Origin: Isurus oxyrinchus
Lineage: Eukaryota
Reading direction: 5' to 3'
Length of the DNA stretch: 64,000 nt
NCBI GenBank assembly: GCA_026770705.1
Contig: JANJGN010000023.1
Location: 20,708,001 to 20,772,000 of the forward strand
The position numbers were made by a program, and so were the translations under genes. The notes beneath the pieces were generated by a model. That model was given only the letters and a program-made list of their open reading frames with translations. It searched no databases and was not told where the DNA came from. Below, piece by piece: positions 1 to 13,713 of the stretch (within the stretch, counting starts at the first letter, position 1; each line of letters opens with the position of its first letter).

Positions 1-66
1 GGCGGAGCAGACTTGATGGGCCAAATGGCCTAATTTCTGCTCCTATGTCTTATGGTCTTATGGTCT
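1..66 (+). mobile_element. 3' tail of a CR1-type LINE/SINE inserted into a Harbinger Myb-like gene
   Basis: CR1-like 3' end 'gatgggccaaatggcctaatttctgctcctatg' followed by (TCTTATGG)n microsatellite tail. Confidence 0.7.
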
Positions 67-80
67 AATATCAGGAAGGG

Positions 81-665
81 ATGTCAACAGCACTCCCTAG
101 ATTGCAAGGCATGATGGAGGACTCCATCCACCTTCAGACTGAGGTAATAGTACTGGCATGCCAATGCACTGAGGTCAACACTGGTAGGATGGCGGCCGCC
201 ATGGAGACCTTGGTCCAGGACATTATTCCTGCTCTGCTGAAGGCCATGGTTGGCCTCCAGCAATGTGCATGTGAGAGTGGTGCAGGGCAGCCTGATCTCA
301 CTCCAGCTACCCCTTTTCCTCAAGGTGTCAGCCTGGGACCCTCGGGCACCCATAGGGAGGAGGATCAGCAGGTGCACATCCTGGGGCCATCCATCCAGGA
401 GACTCTGGGAGTGACCGGCTCATCCGAATCCCCTTTTCCTGTGACCTCAGCAGCTCCAGCTCCACAGGCCAAGGAGAGTACCACTGCCACACAGCAGGAC
501 CCTGAAAGTAGGCCAGGGCCCTCCAAGTCTCAGTCCTCCAGAGGACGCCTGCCAAGGTCAGGACAGACAGGATGTAGCAGTCACCAGGCTGCCTCCACCT
601 CCACTGTGGATGTCTGGGGAGCACCAAGATGTAGCAGCAAGGTTAGGAAAGTTAAGAAGAATTAG
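81..665 (+). pseudogene. C-terminal exon of Harbinger Myb/SANT-like accessory protein
   Basis: S/P/Q-rich ORF ending PRCSSKVRKVKKN, resembling 39119-39613 (PRLSTRKRKHKAP); AATAAA at ~720. Confidence 0.6.
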
Positions 666-1399
666 TTGCACAGCCTGGACATGGGTGTTAATCACTTGTG
701 TATAATGTTCACTGTTGTCAATAAACTCCCAAGAATATCTCCCTGCCTATGATTCCTTGTTCTGATGAGTAGTGTTCTTGTCACTCAGATGTGGAACCTT
801 TCTGCACAAGATAAATTCATGTGTCTCAGCCCAGGGCCTCTTCCCCGTGCTCTGTGCAGCCTCCGGACCAAAGTGATGGTCCAGCCTCACACTCCCTGGA
901 TACATTACCAATACCTGCACCATTGCTGCCAGAGTGTATTGGACAGGTGTCACAGAGTTCTGTCATTCTCTCTGTGTGCTCTGAGCACCTTTAAGGTGGG
1001 GCTGGCCCCCATCTCTTCAGCATCTGTGACCAGTGATGCTGTGCTCCTGAACGGCTCAGATACTGAAGGTGGACAAAAGATCAAATGTTTCTGAAGTTTC
1101 ATGGCTGCAATTCTATGCTATGACCCTGATCACAGAGCTCAATTGAGCTGCCCTCAGCCAGACAGGAGTCAGACTTTCTCAGAGGCTTTGTGAAGATCTG
1201 TGGAGTGTCCTCACTGCATGTGGTCATCATCTTCCTGCAATGGAGCGACTATTTAGGCCTCCACTGCATCTCCATGAGAGGAGCATTCTCAGAGAGGATA
1301 TTCACGCTGCCATAATCCAGACTGGAGTCAAACATTCACAGATGCAATGTGGGGATTTAAGGGGTCACCTCACTGCATGTCATCATCATCCTCCTCAAA

Positions 1400-2330
1400 T
1401 CTAGCAGCCATGAGGGCCTCCTAAGTGCACCTGCCTCGTCCAGCAAGTGCGAGGGCCTCATCCCTGTTATTGTCGCCTCCAAGGGCCTCCTCACCCTTAT
1501 CCCTATTGGCGTCCTCCTCATCGCGGAGGAGACCTCGAGCTCTTACATCTCCTCTTCAGCCAGCTCCTCTCCCCATTGGAGCGCCAGGTTGTAAAGGGCG
1601 CAGCAGGCGACGACAATGTGTGACGCCCTCTGTGGACTGTATTGCAGGGCTCCACCAGATCGGTCCAGGCATTGGAACTTCATTTTCAGTATCCCAGTGG
1701 TCTCTCCACCAAGTTGCGAGTTGCAGGCTGAGCCTCATTATACCCTTGCTCTGCTGCAGTCTGAGGCTGCTGCACGGGTGGCATCAGCCAAGGCTTCTGC
1801 AGGTAGCCCTTGTCCCAGAGGAGCCATCCCTGTAGCCTCTGTGGACCCTGGAAGATGCCAGGGATCTGTGACTGAGGATGTAGGAGTCATTCACACTCCC
1901 TGGAAACCGTGCGCACACTTACAGAATGCGTTTCTGGTAGTTGCACATCAGCTGCACATTCAGTCAATGGAAGTCCTTAAGGTTGATATAGTTCACGTCG
2001 TGTTGCGATGGAGGTTTGGGCGCCATGTGAATGCAATTGATCGCACTCTGAACCTGTGGGAAACCTGAGATCTGGGTGAATCCAATCACGCTTGCATCCT
2101 GGCTGTCCTGGTCCCAGGTGAAATGCACAAGGTTTCGTGCCCTCCCGAAGATGGCATCTGTGACCTCATGGGTGCATTTGTGGGTGGTGGCTTGTGAGAT
2201 CCCTCGAGGCGGGGTGAAAAGCTTTAGAGCACATGGTGGAACTTTGATGTCTCTGCATTGCTTGAGTGGGCAGATAAAATAGAAGCCCGACTCCAATCAT
2301 ATCAATGTGGCTGTGCCTGAACTGTCTGGG
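1400..2330 (-). pseudogene. Harbinger (HARBI1-like) DDE transposase remnant
   Basis: GISQATTHKCTHEVTDAIF..ISGFPQVQSAINCIHM..YINLKDFH resembles the HARBI1 [18 protein letters not shown] motifs; frameshifts and stops. Confidence 0.8.
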
Positions 2331-3097
2331 TTGCAGAGGAATGGTCATTTTATACAGGTTTCCCTAATGCGTGGCCTCTTCCCTCACCCACACTACCACC
2401 CCCCCCACCCCACCCCTGATGCTTGTGCGCTATATTCAATAGCAGGCGCTTGACCATTCCCCCTAACAAGTTGCCTCAACAGCCGGGTTGCCTTTAACCC
2501 TGACCGGCCAGCGCCCCTCAAGCTTTAAGTCCAACAGGCGACCCTGGTGAGCGCTGCACAATGTTACTATGTACTCACCTCCGAGTTCCGCTCAAAGTGC
2601 AGGCTGCCAAGTACACGCCACTTATGTGCTGTTGCGAAACACGTCGGCTTGTTTTCCTGCTGACGTGGACGGACCATCCGGTGGCATGGGGGGAGGGGGC
2701 GGGGGGGGCGGGGAAGACAATTCCGGTGGGCAGGTCTAGTAATGATATGCTGATGTATTACTATGATGCTCCTGATGTCCGATGGCGTGAAATGCGGCCT
2801 GTCATTGGCAGGTTGAGCAGAGAATCGCCAGCTGTCATAAAACCGATCGTGCCATATTGTGCGCTCACACCACTGAACACGCCCGATGCTGGTGGGCAAG
2901 GGAAATTCTGCCCAAATGCTGGACGGGGTAGGTTTTATAGATTTAATAAAACCTCTGGCTTGAAACGATAGATATATATGCCTCAATAGGATGAAAATAG
3001 GTCAGATTTTATAATGGCCACTTCACTGGATTAATACTCATGTAACAAAGACAGAAAGTTACCCACGTGTATCTTATAACACAATTTAGGACTCATA

Positions 3098-4600
3098 GGG
3101 CGGAATCATCTCAGAATTGCACTATGCATGGTAGCGGGCCGCAATGGCAGGTTTTACCTGCCGGCCGCAATAGCAGGTTTTTGCACCGTATCGTCCGCTT
3201 CCTGACTCATTAATTATGCAGCCACAGGACGGTCTCTGAATCGCCCACCACTCCGTTACCTCACTGTTTCCTCACTCCGGGTGCCATATCTAAACTGCAG
3301 CCACGCACACAGTTCTCAATGATTTCAGCCCAGGCCTGCGCCAGTGAAGATATGGTCCTAAAAGCCAAGAGGAGTTCAGTGACCCGTCACTGGAATGTCT
3401 TTTGGAGACCCATCGCAATGTCCTCCAGCCCCGCAGGAGGTCCAGCAATCTCACCACTATAGCTTGGGAGGCGGTGGCAGTGTTGGTCAGTGCCAACACT
3501 GCATACAAGAGGCCAGCCAACCAGTGCAGGAAGAGGATGAATGATCTCATCTGTGCCACCAGGGTAAGGCCACCATCTTATCACTCTAAACTCTCACACT
3601 CACAAGCCCATCACACATTCACTGGCATCTCACTCACTGCCAACTTAAGGGACATCACCACCCATTCTCACACACACACTCAAACATCTCCATCTGGCCT
3701 CATCTCCTCTGGAGATTGCCTCCTCAGCCCTCACAATCTTGAGGCCACTTGCACAGGTCAACATGTGTCCCCAAATACAAACTGGGATACCCTCCTTCCC
3801 CATTACAGCCCTCATCCTGCAGCCTCTTCCCTTGCCTGAGGCCACTTCTCCCCCTTCCCCAAGCAAGCCCTAGCCCTGCAGCCATTGAAAGCCACCTCCA
3901 CCATACAGATGGTCTGGTAGGTAGATACCTGCCCAGGAGCCCCCCCTAAAAGTGTTGTGGTGCTGTCTGTGAAGCCTGGTGCTGATGACTGCAAGTGCTA
4001 CCTGAAGCAAGGTGGGCAAACAAGCCTCAAAGTTCTGAGCAAAGTGCAGCTCACCAGGTGCATGTTACTTATGTACAATTGTGAAACATGTTGGCTCGAT
4101 TGCCCGATGATCCAGCATGGGGCAATGATACCAGCGAGCAGGGCTTATAATGAGATGCTAAAGTATTGAAGTTAGGTTCCCGACGTGTGGCAGTGGGAAA
4201 TGTGGCCTGCCATTGATGGGTGAAGCGGATGATCGCAAACTGGAATCACGGAGGCCTTTTTTTTGTCTTTCTGGCCATTTTTTAAAATCCATTCACCGGA
4301 TGTGGGCTTCGCTGTTAGGCCAGCATTTATTGCCCATTCCTAACTGTCTTTGAGAAGATGGTGGTGAGCTGCCTTCTTGAACCGCTGCAGTCCATGCGGT
4401 GTAAGTACACCCACAGTGCTGTTAGGGAAAGAGTTCCAGGATTTTGACCCAGCGACAGTGAAGGAACAGCGATATATTTCCAAGTCAGGATGGTGAGTGA
4501 CTTGGAGGGGAACTTCCAGGTGGTGGTGTTCCATCTACCCTTACTGTCCTCTCACACCCGCCAGGACACCCATCGCCAACAGGACTGGAAAATTCTGGCC
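3098..4600 (+). mobile_element. Non-autonomous Harbinger derivative carrying a Myb/SANT exon (~3350-3563)
   Basis: Termini gggcggaatc.../...aaaattctggcc; flanks ata/tta; FSDPSLECLL..AWEAVAVLVS..QCRKRMNDL followed by donor agg|gtaag. Confidence 0.65.
4280..4535 (-). mobile_element. 5'-truncated LINE 3' fragment nested in the Harbinger derivative
   Basis: Reverse complement of the 3' end of the LINE at 6690-7722. Confidence 0.7.
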
Positions 4601-6689
4601 TTAGATTACATTTACTCCCAGATATTAACTATGTAATAATTTGACTTAAAATTTATGCATGAATAATATTTAGAACTATTTTCCCATTGCAATTTTTCTT
4701 ATCTTTCTCTAGTTTATTGAAATTTCTTATCTGAATTGATCCTGATTGTTTCTCTCAAGGCCTCACTCATACTTTCCAATAAGTTATTTTTCATTCCTGC
4801 ACCCTCAATGTGTGAAGAACAAAATTTATTGTACTATCTCTTACTCAAACTCATTCTTCCCATGGGCCTCAAAACTGTGGAACTTCCTATTCCCCTTGCC
4901 ACAAGAGTCCTACTATTTGCAGTCTTTAATAAAAAAACTAAGTTGTTACACATTACCTCACTGCCACTTCTCTCTCAATTCACCTCTCGTACTCTGTTCA
5001 ATGCTTTTGGAATCCTGATCTATCCACATAGCCCTTTACCAACATTTCTCAATTTAGAAGTGGAGAAATCCTATTTCTTTGCACATTTTGCATCATCCTT
5101 TCATCAACTTATCAAAGCATCTTCCCTATGTAAAAGGGAAGACGCAGCTTGGATGAATTAGGACCAGAAAATAAGCTTCAATGCTTTGAAAACTCCCGAC
5201 CATAAAAAGATTTCAAAATGTCTCTTCAGGTGTCTCTATTATGGTAATTCTAATACCACAAGAGAGGACGCGTGAGATGCACTATAAGCTATCGCAACAG
5301 TAATTGCTGTTCTCAGTTTTTGAATATTTAATTATTGTTACATTTAAAAGTTCCAAGTAGATGAGAAGTGCTAATTGAATGCAGGGTAAAGCATCATGTG
5401 ATGCCAAAACTCACAAATACTTAATGTTATTATTACAGTTCAAAGATGGATCTATGCTGATATTGGCCATGAGGAATGAGCTAGCGATTCAGCCCCTCAA
5501 ACCAGTTCCACCGTTCAGTTAGATTGCGTCTGATCTGTAGCTTTATTCTGTTTATTTCTCCTTGCATCATATCCTTCGATAGGTAAGCTTGTTGAAGTGC
5601 AAAACACTTGCAGCTTCGACTTTCATCCTGGGGGTTGTTGACTGATAGCCACATTACAGAATCAAGTGGCTGCACAGTAAAAAGCACACTGAATTAGCGC
5701 CGAAATCTCTGTTCTTTGCTACTACCTGGCATGCTAGAACAAATCTTCACGTTGCAGATGTTTCATGAATCCAATACTTTCAGACTGCCTGCCGTGGAGT
5801 AAATAAAAACAGGGAATGTTATCAGAGGGCATGTAACCTGCTACCCCTCACAGGAACCAATGATATAGGTCTGAAATGAAAACACCCCTGGCAATTCTGT
5901 AGCTGGAGATCTACTTTGGTCCCATATCAAACCCCACAGTTAGTGAAGGTGGCTATACTCCCACCTAACTGAACCCACCTACATTTCCATTGTAACTCTT
6001 TACCCTGTATGAGTCACATAAATCAGCACTTGTATGGACTAGAAAAAATTACCATGCCCCAAAAATCCATGTGTGATTATGATGGTGAGGTTGGGATCAT
6101 GTACGTGAATTCCCTCCAGTGTTGACATCAGATTTTATGGGCTCAGTAAGATGGCATCCGGTTTCAATGTGGTGGGGGGAACAATGTATGAGCTGGAGTC
6201 CACCTCCCCTAGGCAGCTGGAAAATCTGGTGCCTGGATGAAGCCCAGAGCCATTCACATAGAAATTGGGAGCTGAATAGTCGCCCACACCTCTGGGGATG
6301 GCTGGCAGGAAGTGCACATTCAATGTCACCTTGGTCAAAGTCAAAAAAGTCCACATGGTGCCCATGTTTGAAATGCAAGGGGCAAATAAGGAGCCCAACA
6401 TCTGTTTGAGGCTTTCTGCTACAAGATTGGTTTGCCCTGAGTCTTCTGGCACCAGATACATTCAGGAGATTAAAGGGATTGCCACAAGCTGCATCCAACT
6501 GGGTCACATATTGAAATATTATTATCTGAACATGGAGGCAGGAAAAACAGGGTTGATTCTCCAGGCCACCCATTCAGAGGACATGGACCACGGCTGGCCA
6601 CCTCTTTCCTCACTACTCCCTTGGGCACTGTTAATTCCTAATCTGATTGCTGCTCCCCTTATCATACTTACAAAGGAAGATGGCTGAGT

Positions 6690-7722
6690 TTGTTGATGTC
6701 CAATCATCTCAGTCCCAGGACATCACTGCAGGAGTTCCTCAGGGTAATGTCCTAGGCACAACCATCTTCAGCTGCTTTAGCTATGACCTTCCCTCCATCA
6801 TAAGGTCGTAAATGGGAATGTTCGCTGCTGATTATGCAAAGTTCAGCACCATTCGCGACTCCTCAGATACTGAAACAGTCCGTCCCATATGCAGCAAGAC
6901 CTGGACAACATTCACACTTGGGCTGATAAGTGGCAACTAATATTCTCTCCACAAAAGTGCCAGTCAATGACCGTCATCAATAAAAGAGAATCCAACCATC
7001 TCTCCTTGACATTCATTGGCAGTACCATCATTCAATACTCCACTATCAACATCCTGGGGGTTACCATTGACGAGAAACTGAACTGAACTAGCCATATAAA
7101 TACTGTGGCTACAAGGGCAGGTCAGAGGCTTCGAATTCTGTGAAGAATAACTCACCTATTGAGTCCCCAAAGATTGTCCACCATCTACAAGGCACAAGTC
7201 AGGAGTGTGAAGGATTACTTTCCAGTTGCCTGGATGAGTGCAGCTCCAACAACACTCAAGAAAATCAACACATCTAGGACAAGGCAGCCTACTTGATTGG
7301 CACCTTATCCATCACCTTCAACATCCACTCCCTTCACCACTGATGCACAATGGCAGCAGTGTGTACCATCTACAAGATGCACTGCAACAACTGTCCAAGG
7401 ACCCTTTCACAGCACCTCCCAAATATTGACCTCTACCACCTAGAAGGACAAGGGCAGCAGAAACATGGGAACACTACCACCTGCAAGTTCCCCTCCAAGC
7501 CACTCATCATCCTGACTTGGAAATATATCACTGTTTCTTTACTGTCGCTAGGTCAAAATCCTGGATGTTTCTCCCTAATAGCACTGTGGATGTACCTGCA
7601 CCACATGAACTGAAGCGATTCAAGAAGGCAGTGCACCACCACCTTTTCAAGGGCAATAAGGAGTGGGCAATAAATACTGGCCTAGTCAGCAATGCCCACA
7701 TACCATGAAGGAATAAAAAAAA
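6690..7722 (+). mobile_element. CR1/L2-clade LINE, RT C-terminus and 3' end (further LINE-like sequence extends upstream to ~6080)
   Basis: GVPQG-like motif, MQQDLDNIHTWADKWQLIF..ILGVTID; ends gaataaaaaaaa. Confidence 0.8.
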
Positions 7723-8793
7723 TGTAGCCCATTACTTAGCCAGCGCACATATCATAATAGCAGGCATGATGGATTAGAAACTTGCCTGATTTTCTGTGGG
7801 ATAGCCTGCCTAATAGCTGCACTATCTACCAGGCCAGATATTCCCATGTCACTCCTGGCATGGAATGCTCTGTGACAGAACACAAAGGCAGAAAATTACC
7901 CCTTTACCTCATTAATCAATAATAGTTTTAAAAAAAAAATCAGTGTTGTAAATGACTAGAAGTTTAACAATGAAAGTCATTTTTTTAGTAATCAGTTCAA
8001 GTCTGTGCAACTTGCACAGGTTATTAACATTTATATATATTTCCCAGCTGAATTTTCTGATGTTTATACTTTCACAATAACAGTATGAGTAATGTCATGG
8101 CAGATCCACTAGTTATAAAATTACTTATAACTAAAGTACCATATCTGCTACCTTCAACTGTCACCACTTTCTTTGCGAGTGGCTAAGCAGACTGCAGGTA
8201 ACAAACACTAGCTTATATGTCATGGCAAGGCACAGGACAGTGATTGGTGGCATAAATTCATTGTTCTATCTGTCATTCTAGCTAGTCCACAGAAAGATTG
8301 GAGGGAGCTGAGATCAGGTGGCTGAGGGAATTAATTCCTGATTGATCAAGTTGAATGGAGCCATTTTTATACATACATTTCAATTGTGTTTTGATTTTTT
8401 TTGCAAGCAGCAAATTGGTTTTAATCTGGATAGGATGTGCCCTTAGGGGAAAAATATATCATTTGTACTGGAGTAAAATGATTCAGCTCCTTCACAATTA
8501 TTTTTCCTCAGCAATAGTGGTCAGAAATGTAAATAATATTGGTAACAATGTAACACAGAAGTCATGGGTGAGGCCAGTTTTGTGTTATACGCTTACAAAG
8601 CTGAATACTTATTCTAAGGTTTGGATGGGGTTGTGTTTGAATAATTCAAGTATCTAGTGAAGAGGTTGTTGAGAAATATTAAAATTATACACTATAGTGA
8701 AAACCCCATTATATGCAGGGAGAGTTGGACAAATGAAGGATATGACAGGATTTATTGTGTTACTGCTGATTACAGAAAGAATATCATTTGGAC

Positions 8794-9120
8794 TTTTTTT
8801 TATTCGTTCATGGGATGTGGGTGTCGCTGGCTAGGGCAGCATTTATTGCCCATCTCTAATTGCCCTTGTTCAGAGGGCATTTAAGAGTAAACCACATTAT
8901 TGTGGAACTGGAGTCACATGTAGGCCAGACCAAGTAAGGACAGCAGATTTCCTTCCCTAAAGGATATCAGTAAGCCAGATGGGTTTTTACGACAATTGAC
9001 AATGGTTTCATGTTCATCATTAGACTTTTAATTCCAAATTTTTATTGAATTCAAATTCAAACCTGGGTCCCTAGAGCATTATCCTAGGTCTCTGGATTAC
9101 CAATACGCCACCAGCTCCCC
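8794..9120 (-). mobile_element. SINE sharing its 3' tail with the LINE at 6690-7722
   Basis: Poly-T plus 'attcgttcatgggatgtggg...gcatttattgcccat' tail (reverse strand); degenerate tRNA-like head (ggtttgaa B-box on -) near 9055-9120. Confidence 0.6.
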
Positions 9121-9689
9121 CCATAGTACATTAAAATATTGCAAGGAATGTTGTGATAATAACAATTTGCTGTCCTTCAATGTTACACATTTACTACAGG
9201 CCTACAATAACCACAAAGATTGGACATCTAAACAATTATAAATCATACTTGGTAACCAGTTTACCTTTTAAATCTAACATGTGTCATTAATTAAAATGCC
9301 AGTATTGACCAACATGTGTACTGGTCATGTTGGATTTGGAATTCTTTGCCTCATCTTAGAAGGGACAGTCAACCTTTGTTTTGTATGATGAGTATATACC
9401 TCTGTTTTTAGTTTCCTTACTTCCCTGATCTCCTGGTGTAACATACAAGTTGTAACTAGGCAAGCTAAGGGATAGTTCCCAAGCATTGGTTAATGATGGT
9501 GAAATGGAGTTGAACCTCCATCATATTCTTTGGCCTTTGTTTCGTAGAAAAGTTATCGTGGTTTTTCTTACTGGTTCCTTATAATAATGAAATGGGATTT
9601 TAAAAAATGGGAAATGATACATAAACAAATATCCCAATGCCTTTGGTCCAGAATGTTGACAGTGCTTTCAAACTCTAGAAAAATGCCTT

Positions 9690-11055
9690 ACTATGGACCG
9701 TATGACCATAAGGAGTAAGCCATTCGGCACATCGAGTCTGCTCAGCCATTCAATAAAATCATGGCTAATCTGATAATCCTCAACTCTACTTTCCTGCCTT
9801 TTCCCATAACCCTTGATTCCCTTACTGATTAAAAATCTGTCTATTTCAGTCTTGAATATACTTAATGACCCAGCCTCTACAACCCTCTGCGGTAAAGAAT
9901 TCCACAGATTGACTACCCTCTGAGAGAAGAAATTCCTCCTCATCTCTGTTTTAAATGGGCGACCCCTTACTCTGAGATTATGCCCTCTGGCCCTAGACTC
10001 TCCCACAAGGGGAAACAACCTCTCAGCATCTACCCTGTCAAGCCCCCTAAGATTCTTATATGTTTCAATAAGGTCGCCTCTCATTCTTCTAAACTGAAAT
10101 GAGTACAGGCCAAATCTACTCAACCTCTCCTCATAAGAAAATCCCTCCATACCTGGGATCAACCTAGTGAAGCTTCTCTGGACTGCCTCCAATGCCAGTA
10201 TATCTTTCCTTAGATAAGCGGACCAAAATTGTTCACAGTATTCTAGGTGTGTCTAACCAGTGCCTTGTACAGTTTTAGCAAGACTTCCCTATTTTTATAC
10301 TCTATTCTCTTTGAAATAAAGGCCAACATTCCATGTGCCTTCCCTTTTACCTGTTGAACCTGTATGTTAGCTTTTTTGGGGTTCATACACAAGGATTCCC
10401 AAATCCCTCTGTGCTGCAGCCTTCTGCAGTCTTTCTCCATTTAAGTAATCTTCAGCTCCTCTATTCTTCCTGTCAAGGTGCTTAACCTCACATTTTTCCA
10501 TGTTATATTCCATCTGCCAAGATTTTGCCCACTCACTTAACCTGTCTAGATCTCTAAGTAGACTCCTTGAGTCATCCTCACCACTTGCCTTCTCACCTAT
10601 TTTTGTGTCATCTGCAAACCTGGCGACAGTACACTCACTTCCCTCATCTAAGTCATTAATATATATTGTAAATAATTGAAGTCCCAGCACAGATCCCTGT
10701 GGCACTTCACTAGTTACAGGTTGCCATCCTGAAAATGCCCCCCTTATCCCAACTCTCTGTCTTCTATTAGTTAGCCAATTCTCTATCCATGCTAATATAC
10801 TACTCCAAACACTATGGACTCTTATCTTATTAAGTAGCCTTATGTGCGGTACCTTATTGAAAGCCTTTTGGAAATCCAAATATATTACATCTACTGGTTC
10901 CCCTTTATCTATCCTGCATGTTACCTCCTCAATGAATTCTAATAAATTTGTCAGGCATGATTTCCCTTTCATGATGCCATGCTGGGTCTGCTTGATTAGA
11001 TTATGTATTTCTAAATGCCCTGCTATTACATCCTTTATAATAGACTCCAACATTT
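9690..11055 (-). mobile_element. CR1-clade LINE, 5'-truncated, RT domain
   Basis: KSCLTNLLEF, YLDFQKAF, VPQGSVLG, FADDTK; C-terminal RRNFFSQRVVNLWNSLP. Confidence 0.92.
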
Positions 11056-11559
11056 ACTATACTTGGCTGGATTTTCTAACCAGTGAATGACCCATACTTG
11101 GATTAGGTAAACAAGGGATGGGACATTGGGCAGAGAACCACATCTTTGGAATCTTGCACAAATCACAGTGCAGATTTTTTTAGTTGGTCTTTTTTGTGTA
11201 AAAATTCATTTAAATATTAAGTACCACAATAATAACATGAAAATGAGGCTGGCAAAATGCCCCAGTGTTCTTGTGGGGAATGTACCAGCTGCTCAGCTCC
11301 CCAAATGAAAGATCTTTGAAGGGAAAGCAGGATGCATGTTTTCAGGAATTGACTATTTATAGTAGTGCTGCTACATATTTCATTGCAGCAATCTAAACAC
11401 TGAAAATTTGCCGTGGATCAAGTGCTATTCTCTATTTTTGCTTTTTGGATGTGGAGAGGAATGCAAGACAGATTTATTTGCACTAGAGATAGACAGCTTT
11501 CATCTAACCTTACACACGCAACTGGGACAGTATATATAACAGGCATGTCTACCTATATT

Positions 11560-11845
11560 AGAAAATAAGAAATAGAGCAGGAATAGGTCATTTGGTACTT
11601 TGAGCTTCCTCCACCATTCTCTATGATCATGGCTAAGCTTCTACCTCAATTTCACCTTCCCACACTAGTCCTATATCTCTTAATTCCCTTAGTACCAAAA
11701 TGTCAATTGATCTCTGTCTTGAATATGCTTAACAACTGAACATCCATAGCACCTTGGCTTAGAGAATTCCAAAGATTCAAATCGCGTTGAGTGAAGCCAT
11801 TTCTCCTCATCTCAGTCCTAAATGGTCCACCTCATCCCTAGTTCT
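11560..11845 (-). mobile_element. CR1 LINE 3' fragment
   Basis: Similar to the 3' ends at 9700-9960 and 13716-13990. Confidence 0.65.
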
Positions 11846-13713
11846 AGGGAATATCTAAGGGAAATTATTTCCACAGGTACTATTTAATCAAGGAGACAGT
11901 GATGGGAATATGCTACCTGTTGGAATCTAACCTGCAGATGACTGCCATCAAAAGAACTGTGACTGTAAGTGTTGTCAAGGTCACCATGTCCTCTTGGAAC
12001 ATTATGCTTCAGGCTAAATCAAAGCTTTTGAGGGTGTATTAATAGCATTAGTCATTCTGCATTGTATGGCTGCATATCACTTCAAGTTGCCAGGGTTAAT
12101 ACCATCTCCAACAATGCCAACAACATGTCTTTATATAATGTCCATTAATTTGTAGAGCTGCCAAAAACGGGGGTGATGAGTGGGTGGTACATTCGGGGAC
12201 AGAATACGTGTGACAGTTAGAGACAAATTTGTGTTTATAGAGGGTGGGAGACCAAAAAAGAAAGCATTGGAGTAATGATGCTTTGAGCTGCTGGTTTCAT
12301 CTAGAGGAGGGCATCTCTAATTATTTCTTCAGGACTTTTATAAATACAGTACACTTGTTAGTATCCCTTCAAATACTATTAACCTTGTAATAAATTGTTA
12401 TTCTTGAGTCTATGAGCGAGTGAGTACAGCACAGCGACAATAATAATAGAGGCTCGAGTAAAGATTGTTAAGATGGAAATGGGAAGACAGCTCCCCAACA
12501 TATAAAAATGTTGGTAATATGTCATCTAAAGGAAATGTTTTCTCTCCAGTTTTGAAGATATGGATGACCATGTTGAAAAAGAAGCACAAAGAAGAGGCAA
12601 GAATATAAAATTACTTTGAAGTAGGAACACAGCATGTTTACTTATATGAGGGTAAGCTGCAGGGTAAAAGATATATGATGTATTCAGTGACAAATTCAAC
12701 TCACTTGGACAATGGTTTTGGGCATCAACGTTGGAAGGCAAAATTGAAGGAAGGAACACTTGTGACTCCTTTCACAACCTCCGGGCATCTCAAAGCGCTT
12801 TATAGCTAATGAAGTGCAGTCACTGTTGTAATGTAGGAAATTAATGGAGGAATTCCCAAAACCTTCTGAATGCTCATTTTCAGATCAATGGCCACCAGAC
12901 ATGCTACCAATTTTGTGTGAAGTGTAACCAAGACTTTGCTGGTCTGAAATGATTTCAATAGGGCCGTGACAAGATTGGTATAATGGGGTAAGATTGTATT
13001 GCTCTTTTGAATGCTAACTCAACCAAACCTGAAAGATGATGTTGTTCCTCTCAGTTGTGTTTAAACATCAAAGAAAAGGAATCACTAAAATCCAGGGACT
13101 CTCTCATGACTTACGACAAATACAGCAGAATTACGAAAACTGAATGCAATCATCTCAAATAAGTCATCATCAGAGACTTTGTCACAAAGAATTTGTTGGT
13201 GCTTCAAGAATTCCAGATTTTGTCCATGAATTTCCTTCAGGGCCTGCAAAATTAACCATATGCAGCATATTGGCCATAAGCAGGAAGCAAGATTGGACAG
13301 GACCAGGAAACGATGGGCCCTTCAGTTTTGACAGGACCTGGGTTAGATGCAATTCTTATCTATCTAAAACTTAGCTCTTGATTTAGTAACAGTCCATGCA
13401 GAATGAACAGATTTCCCATGACTCCAACCTCCGTTCTATCCTTCCATCTGGATGCTGGGAAAACTCCAACATACAAGTCACAGTTAGAATGGATATGAGG
13501 CCTGTGTGGTCATGGCCTGCAAGATCCTGGAAACCTGCCAGCAAAAGTTCTGATTGGCCTTCCTATAAAGGGATCTGACTTGTTGAGGTGCTTGCACTGT
13601 TGGAGTGCTGCCTCAGAAAGCACAGAGCCCTAATGAAGACACAAACCCCTTGCCCTGATTTCAGGGTTAGTTGCAGTTAGTTATCAGATGCTTGCAGTTC
13701 ACCAGTTATCAAT

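Larger units (their letters stand above)
67..2913. mobile_element. PIF/Harbinger DNA transposon, degenerate; the other end lies outside the window
   Basis: Convergent Myb-like last exon (+) and HARBI1-like transposase remnant (-); terminal 'aaattctgccc' at 2903-2913 matches the TIR of the other Harbingers here. Confidence 0.8.
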
